This document shows positions 1 through 10,539 of a DNA stretch of 54,535 nt, piece by piece. Source of the DNA: Sphingobium sp. (lineage in GTDB: Bacteria > Pseudomonadota > Alphaproteobacteria > Sphingomonadales > Sphingomonadaceae). The stretch lies in the NCBI GenBank assembly GCA_040508335.1, contig JBEVMZ010000011.1, positions 1 to 54,535 on the forward strand, written 5' to 3'. Below the pieces are notes generated by a model, which did not search any database, was not told where the DNA came from, and saw only the letters and a program-made list of their open reading frames with translations. The first letter of the stretch is position 1. Every line of letters starts with the position of its first letter. Position numbers and translations under genes: made by a program.

Positions 1-179
1 CTGCCGCGCAGATGCGAGCGCAGGCGGCCGGCGACATCTTCCATGCCTTCCGGCACATCGAGCAGCAGCAGCGCGCCGATGTGCATCGGATTGGTGTCGG
101 TTTCCAGGAGGACCATGAAATGATCGTCCGGCCGCAGCCGGCGGACGCCCGCCACGAGCGTTTCGCCAATGGCGCTCAT
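1..179 (-). CDS. Wax ester synthase/diacylglycerol acyltransferase (WS/DGAT) family, 5' part only (runs off the window)
   Basis: Absent from the ORF track. Manual translation gives MSAIGETLVAGVRRLRPDDHFMVLLETDTNPMHIGALLLLDVPEG, matching the WS/DGAT N-terminal pattern RL..D..F..LET...PMHIG.L. GAGG-type RBS upstream; alternative in-frame ATG at 185. Confidence 0.75.
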   Translation of the reverse strand, partial: MSAIGETLVAGVRRLRPDDHFMVLLETDTNPMHIGALLLLDVPEGMEDVAGRLRSHLRG

Positions 180-214
180 ATCCATCCTCTCCGTAAACCC
201 GTGCGCCGGACCTC

Positions 215-1735
215 TTAGTCCTGACGTTCCTCATTGCGGCCGACGCCGGCCAGATCCTCGGCATAGCCCTTCTTGCGCTCGACCTCCATGCCGCGCAGAA
301 TCTGGATGCGCTGCGCCTGCGGGCTGCCCGCGCCATGAAGCGATTCGGTCAGATAGCCCACCGCATTGCGGCCGAGCGTCATATTCTCGATCAGGCGAAG
401 CACGCGCTGGCGATGCTCGACCGGCACATTGGCGCGGCCCTGGAAATATTTCTTGAGCATCGGACCGGCGATCTCATGGTCGAAATCCTGTTCGCTGGGC
501 AGGGTCACCATGAGACCACCGGCGAGATCCTGCGCCAGTCGGCTGATCTCGTAGGGGAAGCGGGTGACGTTGTGCTTGCAGACATTGGCGAGCATGGAAT
601 CGTTCATGAAGATGCCCGAAGGCAGCTGCTTGGCCTCATGGGATGAAGCGATGGCGGAGGAATAGATCGTCTCGTTAAGATGGGTCATTTCGACCAGCTT
701 GTCCTTGACGTGGCTTGCCGCGTCCGCGCCATTATATTCCGCTATCGTTGCTGCCGCACCCACCATCACGTCGCCCAGGCCCGTCTTGCAGACATAGGAA
801 GCACGGTGATAGCTGGTGAAGCGTGCCACCATTTCCTGCGCGAACTCATATTCGCCATCCATGAAGACATGCTCGTTGGGAATGAACACGTCCTCGAACA
901 CGACCAGCACTTCCTGGCCGCCGAATCGGGCATTGCCCTTGTCGATCTCGCCCTTTTCCAGCGCGCGCGTGTCGCAGGACTGACGCCCATAGATATAGGT
1001 CAGGCCCGCCGCGTCTCCCGGCACCATGCCGACGATCGCATAATCCTTGTCATCGGGACCCATGTTCATGGTCGGCATGACCGCGATCCAGTGGCTGTTG
1101 AGACCGCCGGTCATGTGCGCCTTTGCGCCCGTCACATAGACGCCATGCTCCGTGCGGCGGGTGACGTGCATGAACAGGTCCGGATCGACCTGCTCGGACG
1201 GCCGCTTGGACCGATCGCCCTTGGGGTCGGTCATGCCTGCGCCGACGATGATGTTGTTGCGCTGGGCGTTCTTCATGAACTCGAGATAGCGCTGATGATA
1301 GTTAGTGCCGTGCTTCTGATCGATATCGTAGGTGATCGAGTGCAGCACGCTGATGGTGTCGAGGCCGGCGCAGCGCTGGAAGCAGGTGCCGGTCAGTTGG
1401 CCAAGGCGGCGCTGCATCCGGTTCTTCATCACCAGATCCTGGGGCGAGCCGACGATGTGCAGGAAGCGGTTGACCTGTGCGTCGATAAGGTCGCTGTGCG
1501 CGGTGGCCAGCTCCGGGTCCTCCACGGCGAGGTCGTAGGTCTGCTTGAGCGCATTGATCGACGGACGGATGATCGGATGATCGACATAATTGTCGACCTT
1601 CTCGCCGAATAGATACACGGTGACGTCGCGGCCGCGCAGACTTTCGACGTAATCGTCGCCGGTCACGATCGGCGTGAATCGCGCCCAGCGGCGGTCGGCC
1701 GACTCTTCGCGGGGGTTCTGGGTAACGGCGTTCAT
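215..1735 (-). CDS. abfD: 4-hydroxybutyryl-CoA dehydratase / vinylacetyl-CoA isomerase-like (HpaB/AbfD family, FAD + [4Fe-4S])
   Basis: TCFQRCAGLD and YHRASYVCKTG supply the Cys/Cys/His/Cys ligand pattern of AbfD rather than the HpaB monooxygenases; also MTDPKGDRS and ESLHGAGSPQAQR. AGGAG RBS. Confidence 0.8.
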   Translation of the reverse strand: MNAVTQNPREESADRRWARFTPIVTGDDYVESLRGRDVTVYLFGEKVDNYVDHPIIRPSINALKQTYDLAVEDPELATAHSDLIDAQVNRFLHIVGSPQDLVMKNRMQRRLGQLTGTCFQRCAGLDTISVLHSITYDIDQKHGTNYHQRYLEFMKNAQRNNIIVGAGMTDPKGDRSKRPSEQVDPDLFMHVTRRTEHGVYVTGAKAHMTGGLNSHWIAVMPTMNMGPDDKDYAIVGMVPGDAAGLTYIYGRQSCDTRALEKGEIDKGNARFGGQEVLVVFEDVFIPNEHVFMDGEYEFAQEMVARFTSYHRASYVCKTGLGDVMVGAAATIAEYNGADAASHVKDKLVEMTHLNETIYSSAIASSHEAKQLPSGIFMNDSMLANVCKHNVTRFPYEISRLAQDLAGGLMVTLPSEQDFDHEIAGPMLKKYFQGRANVPVEHRQRVLRLIENMTLGRNAVGYLTESLHGAGSPQAQRIQILRGMEVERKKGYAEDLAGVGRNEERQD

Positions 1736-1807
1736 GATAGGCTCCTGGTCGTCGGCGGCGCGGGATCCAGCCCGTTCCCGGCCGGCGTTGGCGCCGATGA
1801 CGGGGGA

Positions 1808-1939
1808 CTAACGGCCGATAAGCACCTCGCGCAGTCGGTGTTTCTGAATCTTGGCGCTGGGCGTGCGTGGTACATCATTCGCATCCATAAGGAAAACGTG
1901 TTTCGGCACCTTGTAGAAGGAGAGATTCCGCTGCAGGCG
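1808..1939 (-). pseudogene. Relic: C-terminal tail of an AMP-binding acyl-CoA ligase
   Basis: Manual translation RLQRNLSFYKVPKHVFLMDANDVPRTPSAKIQKHRLREVLIGR* contains the YKVP and P.T.S.KI.K..LRE (A10) motifs; no upstream gene body. Confidence 0.8.
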
Positions 1940-1965
1940 CCCGCGCCATTGCTTGCCACGGTTTG

Positions 1966-2162
1966 GAGCTTTCCGTAGCGCGGTTTGGAATAGTTCCGGA
2001 AGCCCGATAGCGTCAGCCCGGGAACGGGCGTCCCGCCCGCGTCGATCTCGAGGCCCTTGATCGTCGCGAACGTCGCATTCTTGGTCAGCGTTAACGGGAG
2101 GGGATCGATGCGCGCCCTTTGTTGCGCGTTTCCAATGTGGTGCGCCGAATGTCCTTGTAGCG
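1966..2162 (-). pseudogene. Relic: internal beta-barrel fragment of a TonB-dependent receptor
   Basis: RYKDIRRTT, then a frameshift, then TLTKNATFATIKGLEIDAGGTPVPGLTLSGFRNYSKPRY. Aligns by eye with VKGIQRSI...TLIQNAGKARIYGLEAELTVIPFEGLELAASGAITKPKY of the intact receptor at 48922. Confidence 0.7.
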
Positions 2163-2388
2163 GCGACCCGCTATTTCGCTGCCTCGCGCGCCACGGACGA
2201 CACCGGGCAGATAGTCCAGGTCCGCAAGTTCCTAGACCCGCAGCGGGGCCGACGCCCGCGCGCATAATAGCAGTTGGCGACGTTTATTACTTGGTATAAC
2301 AGGTACCCATTGTTTACCGTTTTAGGAGAAGAAGCCGCTTGCGTCCGAGCCCCGCCTCCGGCCCCGCTGCGCGCCCCGGGAGGGTGGC

Positions 2389-3219
2389 GTGATGCGGATC
2401 GCGACTGGCGGAGGCTTGTCCGTCGCCGCTGACGCCTGTGGCGCAGAGGGGGCGCCTAGCGTTGTCTTCCTGCATGGCGGTGGCCAGACCCGGCATAGCT
2501 GGGGGGCAGCCGTAGACGAGTTGGGGCAGGCGGGTTTCCGCGCCATCACCGTCGATCTGCGCGGCCATGGTGACAGTGACTGGTCCACAGACGGCCGCTA
2601 TGATCTCGATGTCCTGTCGGACGACCTGCGCGCCGTCATCGCCACGCTGCCCGACCGGCCCGCGCTCGTTGGTGCCTCGCTCGGCGGGCTGACGTCATTG
2701 CTGCTAGCGGGCGAGGCGCCCGATCTTGTCTGCGCGCTGGTGATGGTGGACGTGGTGCCGCAAATCGAACCGGACGGCGCGGAAAAGATCCTTGGTTTCA
2801 TGACCGCCAGTCCTGATGGTTTCGCCACCGTCGATGAAGCGGCCGACGCGGTGGCCGCCTATCTGCCTCATCGCGAGAAGCGATCCTCAGGCACGGGCCT
2901 GATGAAGAATCTGCGGCTGCGCGAGGATGGCCGCTACCGCTGGCACTGGGACCCGCGCATGCTGGAGCAGCCTGCGCGCGGCGCGGCCGAGCAATGGCGC
3001 GGACGGCTCGAGGCTGCGGCGACCCATGTGCGCGTGCCCACGCTGCTCATCCGTGGCGGCATCAGCCAAGTGGTCAGCATGGAAGGGGTGGAAGCGTTTC
3101 GCGCGCTCATCCTGCATATGGAGTTCGCGAATATCGCCGACGCCGACCATATGGTCGCGGGCGATGAAAATGACGCTTTCGCCACGCCGTTGCGATCCTT
3201 TCTGGAGCGGACGGCATGA
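2389..3219 (+). CDS. Alpha/beta-hydrolase (non-heme peroxidase/esterase-like)
   Basis: HGGGQ oxyanion motif, DLRGHGDS, GASLGG nucleophile elbow, C-terminal HMVAGD. Confidence 0.9.
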   Translation: MMRIATGGGLSVAADACGAEGAPSVVFLHGGGQTRHSWGAAVDELGQAGFRAITVDLRGHGDSDWSTDGRYDLDVLSDDLRAVIATLPDRPALVGASLGGLTSLLLAGEAPDLVCALVMVDVVPQIEPDGAEKILGFMTASPDGFATVDEAADAVAAYLPHREKRSSGTGLMKNLRLREDGRYRWHWDPRMLEQPARGAAEQWRGRLEAAATHVRVPTLLIRGGISQVVSMEGVEAFRALILHMEFANIADADHMVAGDENDAFATPLRSFLERTA

Positions 3220-3267
3220 CGGACACGGCAAACGGACTAATCATTCAGACCGGAAAAACGAGGCTGC

Positions 3268-4368
3268 ATGTCGATATTATATGACGAGGGCCAGCAGGCG
3301 ATCGCGACTGAGGTTCAGCGCGTGCTCGACGCCAGCTATGCAAGCGAGCGGCTGAAAACGCTGCTGGAGACGCGCGGCCGGTATGACGAGACCTTCTGGG
3401 CGCTGGCACGCGAGCAGGGCTGGACGGGTATCGCCTTTCCCGAGGAGCATGGCGGCCTGGGCATGGGCCTGGTGGAACTCGGCCTGGTGGCGGAAGCCTG
3501 CGGGTCGGTCGCGGCGGGCGCGCCCTTTCTCAACAGCAGCTTTGGCGTCGGCCACGCGCTGCTGAACTATGGCGATGCGGCGCTGACCGGCGAATGGCTG
3601 CCCAAGCTGGCGAGCGGTGAGGCGATCGGCGCCGTTGCCTTTGCCGAAGGGGCGGACATCCTGCCCACCGAGCCGACCGTGCGGATCGTCAACGGCCGGC
3701 TGCACGGCACGAAGCCGGCGGTGACGGGCGGCGCATCGGCCGATGTCGCGGTGGTGCTGGCGGCAGGCGAACATGGCCCGGTGCTGGCGCTGGTCGCGCT
3801 GGCGCAGGACGGGGTCGACCGGGACGTGCTGGAGACGTTCGACAACAGCCGGGGCGCTGCCGACCTTCGCTTCGACGGGGCGGAAGCGACGGCGTTCGAG
3901 AATATGGGCGACGCACTCGCGGCGGCGCTCGATGTGCTGCGCCGGCAGGCCGTGGTCACCGCCCATGAGCAGGTCGGCGGCGCCCGGCGGATGATGGAAG
4001 CGGCGCGCGACTATGCGCTGACCCGCCGCGCCTTCGGCCAGCCGATCGGTGCGTTCCAGTCGATCAAGCACCGCATTTCGGAAAATTACGTGCTGGTGGA
4101 GCTGGCCCGCGCCAATGCGATCCACGCCGCCGCATCGGCCGACGACGCGGTCGAATTCCCCAGGGCCGCCGCCGCCGCGCGGCTGATGGCGACGGATGCC
4201 TATGACACGGTCTCGCGCGATGCCACACAGAGCCATGGCGGCATCGGCGTGACCTGGGAAGCGGACCTGCACCTGCATCAACGCCGCGCGCGCAGCCTCG
4301 CCATCGAGCATGGCAATATGATGTTCTGGGAAGATGCGCTCGTCGAAGAGCTGGAAGGAGCTGCCTGA
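3268..4368 (+). CDS. Acyl-CoA dehydrogenase, short partner-type subunit
   Basis: PEEHGGLG, R.AFGQPIGAFQSIKH, HGGIGVTWE; lacks the usual C-terminal I..G..E motif; TGATG-coupled to the next ACAD. Confidence 0.88.
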   Translation: MSILYDEGQQAIATEVQRVLDASYASERLKTLLETRGRYDETFWALAREQGWTGIAFPEEHGGLGMGLVELGLVAEACGSVAAGAPFLNSSFGVGHALLNYGDAALTGEWLPKLASGEAIGAVAFAEGADILPTEPTVRIVNGRLHGTKPAVTGGASADVAVVLAAGEHGPVLALVALAQDGVDRDVLETFDNSRGAADLRFDGAEATAFENMGDALAAALDVLRRQAVVTAHEQVGGARRMMEAARDYALTRRAFGQPIGAFQSIKHRISENYVLVELARANAIHAAASADDAVEFPRAAAAARLMATDAYDTVSRDATQSHGGIGVTWEADLHLHQRRARSLAIEHGNMMFWEDALVEELEGAA

Positions 4369-5576
4369 TGTCCGATTTGGACGCCTATCGTCTCAAGGCG
4401 CGCGAATGGCTCACGAGCCAGGCTTCGATCTTTGGTCGTGAGCAGCGCCGCGGCCTCAGCCATGACGAGGATCTGGCCTTCGCCCGCCGTTGGCAGATCG
4501 CCAAGCAGGAAGCGGGCTATACCGGCATTACCTGGCCCGCCTCGCATGGCGGGCAGGGACTGAGCGCTCTTGAAAAGGTCGTATATGAGCAGGAGGAAAT
4601 CCCGTACGGTTTCCCCAACGACTATTTTGCGGTCAGCCTTGGCATGCCAGTGCCGATCATGCTGCGCTACCTTCCCGACGGCGACCCCTGGAAGCTGGAG
4701 CGGGCGCGCAAGGCGTTGCGCGGCGAGGAAATCTGGTGCCAGCTCTTTTCCGAGCCGGCGGCGGGATCCGATCTTGCAGGTCTGCGCACCACTGCGGTTA
4801 AGGATGGCGACGACTGGGTGGTGAACGGCCAGAAGCTGTGGACCACCTGGGCGCAGCATGCCGATTATGGCGTGATCGTCGTCCGCACCGATCCCAACGT
4901 TCCCAAGCATAAGGGCCTCACCTACTTCTGGCTCGACATGAAATCGCCAGGGATCACGGTAAGGCCGGTGAAGCTTGCGGCCGGGGACGAACATGTCAAC
5001 GAAGTGTTCTTCGACGATGTGCGCATTGCCGATACGCAGCGGCTCGGCCCGGTGGGTGGCGGTTTTGGCGTGGCGATGGAAACGCTTATCATCGAACGCT
5101 ATTCGGCGACCGATCCGTCGGGCTTCGGCCCCCCCGTCGCGTTGCTGGTCGACCAGTCCAAGGCGCTGACGATCAAGGGCAGGCCCGCCATCGAGGACGG
5201 CCGCGTGCGCGAACGGCTGGCGCGGACCTATGCGATGCAGAACGGCCTGGCGTCGATCTACAAGCGCACGATCCTGTCGCTCCAGGCGGGTCTCGAACCG
5301 GGGCCGGAGGGCGCGGTGCACAAGCTGGTATCCGTGCGCGCGCGGCAGAAGCTGAGCGAATATGCGATCGATCTGCAAGGCGTGCAGGGCATTCGCCACA
5401 GCGAGCAGGACGATCCCAAGCAGACTTGGCAGGCAAGCTGGATGACGGCGCCCACCGGCCGCATCGCCGGCGGTGCGGACGAGATGCTGCTCAACACCAT
5501 CGCCGAACGCATTCTGGGCCTGCCGCAGGACCATCGTCCCGACAAGGGCGTGCCGTTCAATCAGATCCCGCGCTGA
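4368..5576 (+). CDS. Acyl-CoA dehydrogenase, catalytic-type subunit
   Basis: WCQLFSEPAAGSDLA, VNGQKLWTT, NEVFFDDV, IAGGADE. Confidence 0.92.
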   Translation: MSDLDAYRLKAREWLTSQASIFGREQRRGLSHDEDLAFARRWQIAKQEAGYTGITWPASHGGQGLSALEKVVYEQEEIPYGFPNDYFAVSLGMPVPIMLRYLPDGDPWKLERARKALRGEEIWCQLFSEPAAGSDLAGLRTTAVKDGDDWVVNGQKLWTTWAQHADYGVIVVRTDPNVPKHKGLTYFWLDMKSPGITVRPVKLAAGDEHVNEVFFDDVRIADTQRLGPVGGGFGVAMETLIIERYSATDPSGFGPPVALLVDQSKALTIKGRPAIEDGRVRERLARTYAMQNGLASIYKRTILSLQAGLEPGPEGAVHKLVSVRARQKLSEYAIDLQGVQGIRHSEQDDPKQTWQASWMTAPTGRIAGGADEMLLNTIAERILGLPQDHRPDKGVPFNQIPR

Positions 5577-5597
5577 CGCGGACATGATCGACAGGCT

Positions 5598-6908
5598 ATG
5601 GGATGGTCGCATATGCTGACCATCCCTTTCCTTTCGCGGCTGCCCGTCGCGAAACGCGACCAGTACCTGCTCTTCGGCGCGATGCTGGTGATCGCTTCGG
5701 GCAATACCGGGCTTCAATCGGTGCTGCCCGCGATCGGGCGCAGCCTCAAAGTGCCCGATCCGCTCGTCGCGACGGCCTTTTCCTTTTCCGCCCTGCTTTG
5801 GGCGATGGCCGCGCCGTTCTGGGCGAAGCGGATCGGCCGGATCGGCGCACGCCGCATGGTGCTGACGGGCCTGGCGGGGTTTATCGGCGCGACGGCATTA
5901 TGCGCGCTGTCGCTGACGGCGGGGCTGGTGGGCTGGGTCACGGGCGGCGTTGCCTTTGCCGGCTTTATCGTCGGACGGACCGTCTATGGCAGCTTCGGCG
6001 CCGCGGCGCCGCCGGCTGCGCAGGCCCAGATCGTGATGCAGACGCCGCGTGACGAGAGGGTGAAGGCGCTTTCGCTCCTCGCCTCGGCATTCGGGCTGGG
6101 CACGATATTGGGTCCGGCGTTCGCGCCCTTCTTCCTCCTGCCGGTCGTCGGTCTGGCCGGTCCGCTCTATATGTTCGCGCTGGCGGGCGGAGCGATGTGG
6201 CTGGCGGTCCTGCTGTTTCTCAGCGACTTCCGCGCGCCGCATCTACGCGCCGTGCCTGCGGCGGAGCCCGGGATCGGCAGCGAGCCGGTCGATGCGCCAG
6301 CCGACGCCGATGAATTGGCAGGCGAGAAGGTGGTGCGCTGGCGCGACTCGCGTATCTGGCCCTGGATGTTAAGCGGGCTGGTCGCCGGCCATGCGCAGGC
6401 GATAGTCGGCCAAACGCTTGCCTTCCTGCTGATCGACCGGATCGCGGTTGCCCCGGCGGTCGCACAGCCGTTGATCGGGATTGTCCTGATGGCGGGCGCC
6501 GCCTCCGCGCTGCTGGCGCAATGGGGCGTTATCCCCCGGCTTGACATGCAGCCGCGCTCGGTTGTGCTGTGGGGCGCGGGGCTGGCCGCGCTCGGCTGCG
6601 CGGGGGTCGCGTTTGCGCCCGGTCTGCATGCCATCGGGGTCAGCTTCGCTATCGCGTCGCTTGGCTTCGGCTTCCTTCGCCCCGGCTTCACGGCGGGCGC
6701 CAGTCTGGCGGTGGAGGAAGCGGAACAGGGATCGGTGGCCGGGCGGGTGACGGCCGCCAACGGCCTTGTCTTCATGTTCGGGCCGGCGGTGGGCATTCTT
6801 ATGTATGAAGTGTGGCGACCGCTGCCCTATGTAGCCAGCGCCATCGCGCTATTAGTCCTGCTTTTCTACTGTCTGGGCCGGTTGCCGAAGGGTCTCACTT
6901 CGCGCTGA
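5598..6908 (+). CDS. MFS transporter
   Basis: About 12 hydrophobic segments in two halves; motif-A-like RIGRIGARR; start may be 5613. Confidence 0.88.
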   Translation: MGWSHMLTIPFLSRLPVAKRDQYLLFGAMLVIASGNTGLQSVLPAIGRSLKVPDPLVATAFSFSALLWAMAAPFWAKRIGRIGARRMVLTGLAGFIGATALCALSLTAGLVGWVTGGVAFAGFIVGRTVYGSFGAAAPPAAQAQIVMQTPRDERVKALSLLASAFGLGTILGPAFAPFFLLPVVGLAGPLYMFALAGGAMWLAVLLFLSDFRAPHLRAVPAAEPGIGSEPVDAPADADELAGEKVVRWRDSRIWPWMLSGLVAGHAQAIVGQTLAFLLIDRIAVAPAVAQPLIGIVLMAGAASALLAQWGVIPRLDMQPRSVVLWGAGLAALGCAGVAFAPGLHAIGVSFAIASLGFGFLRPGFTAGASLAVEEAEQGSVAGRVTAANGLVFMFGPAVGILMYEVWRPLPYVASAIALLVLLFYCLGRLPKGLTSR

Positions 6909-8059
6909 GGATCGAGCGGGGCGGGGCTGGGAACCACGCCCTTTCTTTCGAGCGCCGCGATCTCCGCCGGGCCATATCCAAGGTCCTTCAGCACCGATGC
7001 GCCGTCGCTGCCCGGCTGCTTCGCGCCCGCCGGGGTGCTGGCCGGGGTCTTGGAGAAGCGCGGGGCGGGTGCCGGCTGCCACTTGCCGTCGACCACCGGG
7101 ACAAAGGTGCCGCGCTGTGCATTGTGCGGATGCGTAGGCGCTTCGGTAAGCGAGAGGATAGGCGCGAAGCAGATGTCGGTCCCTTCCATCAGCGCGCACC
7201 ATTCGTCGCGGGTCTTCGTCAGGAAGATAGCGGTCAGCCTTGCCTTAAGGACAGGCCAGCGGTCATGATCCATATGATCGTCGAACGCCGGATCGTCGGA
7301 AACGCCGAGCACGTCCCGCAGGATCGCATAGAATTGCGGTTCGATCGCGCCCAGCGAGACGAAGCCGCCGTCCTTGCAGCCATAGCTGTTGTAGAAATGG
7401 GAGCCGCCGTCGAGCCAGTTGCTCGCCAGCCTTTCTTCCCAATAGCCGCCGTTGAGCAATTGCCAGGTCATGCCCGACAGCAGCGCCGACCCGTCGGTCA
7501 TGGCAGCGTCGATCACCTGCCCCGGCGCACCCATGCGGGCGGCCAGGATCGCGCTCACGATGCCAAAGGCGAGCAGCATGCCGCCGCCGCCGAAATCGCC
7601 GAGATAATTGACCGGCTGAACCGGCTTGCCTCCGGCCGTTCCCATAGTCGAGAGCACGCCGGACAGCGCGATATAGTTGATGTCGTGGCCGGCAACCTGC
7701 GCCAGCGGACCTTCCTGCCCCCAGCCGGTCATGCGCCCGTAGACAAGGCGCGGATTGTCGGCGAGCAATATGTCCGGGCCAAGGCCCAACCGTTCCATGA
7801 CGCCGGGGCGGTAGCCTTCGATCAGGGCATCGGCCGAAGCGCATAGTTCGCGCACGATCTTCAGCCCCTCGGGCGTTTTCATGTCGACCGTGATACTGCG
7901 GCGGGACCGGGCGAGCACATCGTGGGGATCGTGATTGGCGCCGGGTCGGTCGATGCGGATCACGTCCGCGCCATTGTCTGCCAGCATCATGCCGCAGAAA
8001 GGCCCGGGGCCAAGTCCTGTAAATTCGACGACGCGTATTCCCGTCAGCGGACCGGCCAT
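6866..8059 (-). CDS. Family III CoA-transferase / alpha-methylacyl-CoA racemase (CaiB/BaiF)
   Basis: GPLTGIRVVE, EGYRPGVMERLGLGP, AGHDINY and GDFGGG (racemase-type His/Asp), PAPAPRFS. Confidence 0.92.
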   Translation of the reverse strand: MAGPLTGIRVVEFTGLGPGPFCGMMLADNGADVIRIDRPGANHDPHDVLARSRRSITVDMKTPEGLKIVRELCASADALIEGYRPGVMERLGLGPDILLADNPRLVYGRMTGWGQEGPLAQVAGHDINYIALSGVLSTMGTAGGKPVQPVNYLGDFGGGGMLLAFGIVSAILAARMGAPGQVIDAAMTDGSALLSGMTWQLLNGGYWEERLASNWLDGGSHFYNSYGCKDGGFVSLGAIEPQFYAILRDVLGVSDDPAFDDHMDHDRWPVLKARLTAIFLTKTRDEWCALMEGTDICFAPILSLTEAPTHPHNAQRGTFVPVVDGKWQPAPAPRFSKTPASTPAGAKQPGSDGASVLKDLGYGPAEIAALERKGVVPSPAPLDPQREVRPFGNRPRQ

Positions 8060-8069
8060 GACCTTCCCC

Positions 8070-8504
8070 TTAATCCAGCTTTATCAGATAGGGCGTCAGC
8101 GCCTGCCTCGCCGCGTCGGGAAAGGGTTCGGCGCGGCCGTCCCGCGCCGCCACCATCACGGCCTTCGAAAAAGCACAGACCCGTCCGGACTGCGTGGCGA
8201 TGGAACCCAGCGTCCAGCTCGTTCGGCCGATCGCCATGGCACCGATATGGAGGACCAGGAGATCGGGATAATGCGCTTCGGCTAGATAATCGATATAGTG
8301 GGCGCCGACCACCGACCCCAAACGTCCGAAACTGTCATAGACGCGCGCCTGATCATGCAGCCGCACGCGTGCATCCTCGAACGCTTCGGCGATGGCGACA
8401 TTGTTGATGTGCTGCTGCCTGTCCATGTCGGCAAAGCGCGTCGTTATCTCGATGCGTAGCGGGTAGCGTGCGGCCTCCAGCAGCCGGGGATCGATGCGTG
8501 CCAT
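8070..8504 (-). CDS. Acyl-CoA thioesterase (4HBT/FcbC single hot-dog)
   Basis: TRFADMDRQQHINN, IDYLAEAHYP, IGRTSW. Confidence 0.88.
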   Translation of the reverse strand: MARIDPRLLEAARYPLRIEITTRFADMDRQQHINNVAIAEAFEDARVRLHDQARVYDSFGRLGSVVGAHYIDYLAEAHYPDLLVLHIGAMAIGRTSWTLGSIATQSGRVCAFSKAVMVAARDGRAEPFPDAARQALTPYLIKLD

Positions 8505-8523
8505 GGGTCCCGTTCCGCCGCTT

Positions 8524-10414
<1,891 letters not shown>

Positions 10415-10500
10415 GCCCTGCCGGGGACGGTGGACCCACCCGTCGCAATCAGGCTAAGCAGGGCGCCAGCCCGAGCGGCCGAACATCAAGGAGAAAGACA

Positions 10501-10539
10501 ATGACATGTTTCCCCGCCGCCGGACAGGCAGGCCGCTGA
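10501..10539 (+). other. 12-codon mini-ORF (MTCFPAAGQAGR*) with a strong RBS, translationally coupled to the downstream crotonase
   Basis: AAGGAG at canonical spacing before ATG 10501; its TGA overlaps ATG 10539 (TGATG). Confidence 0.5.

Noticed and set aside
1732-2265. 177-aa ORF as a real gene
   Set aside because: Only its central part resembles a TBDR; the ligase relic lies in a different frame. It is treated as scar sequence.
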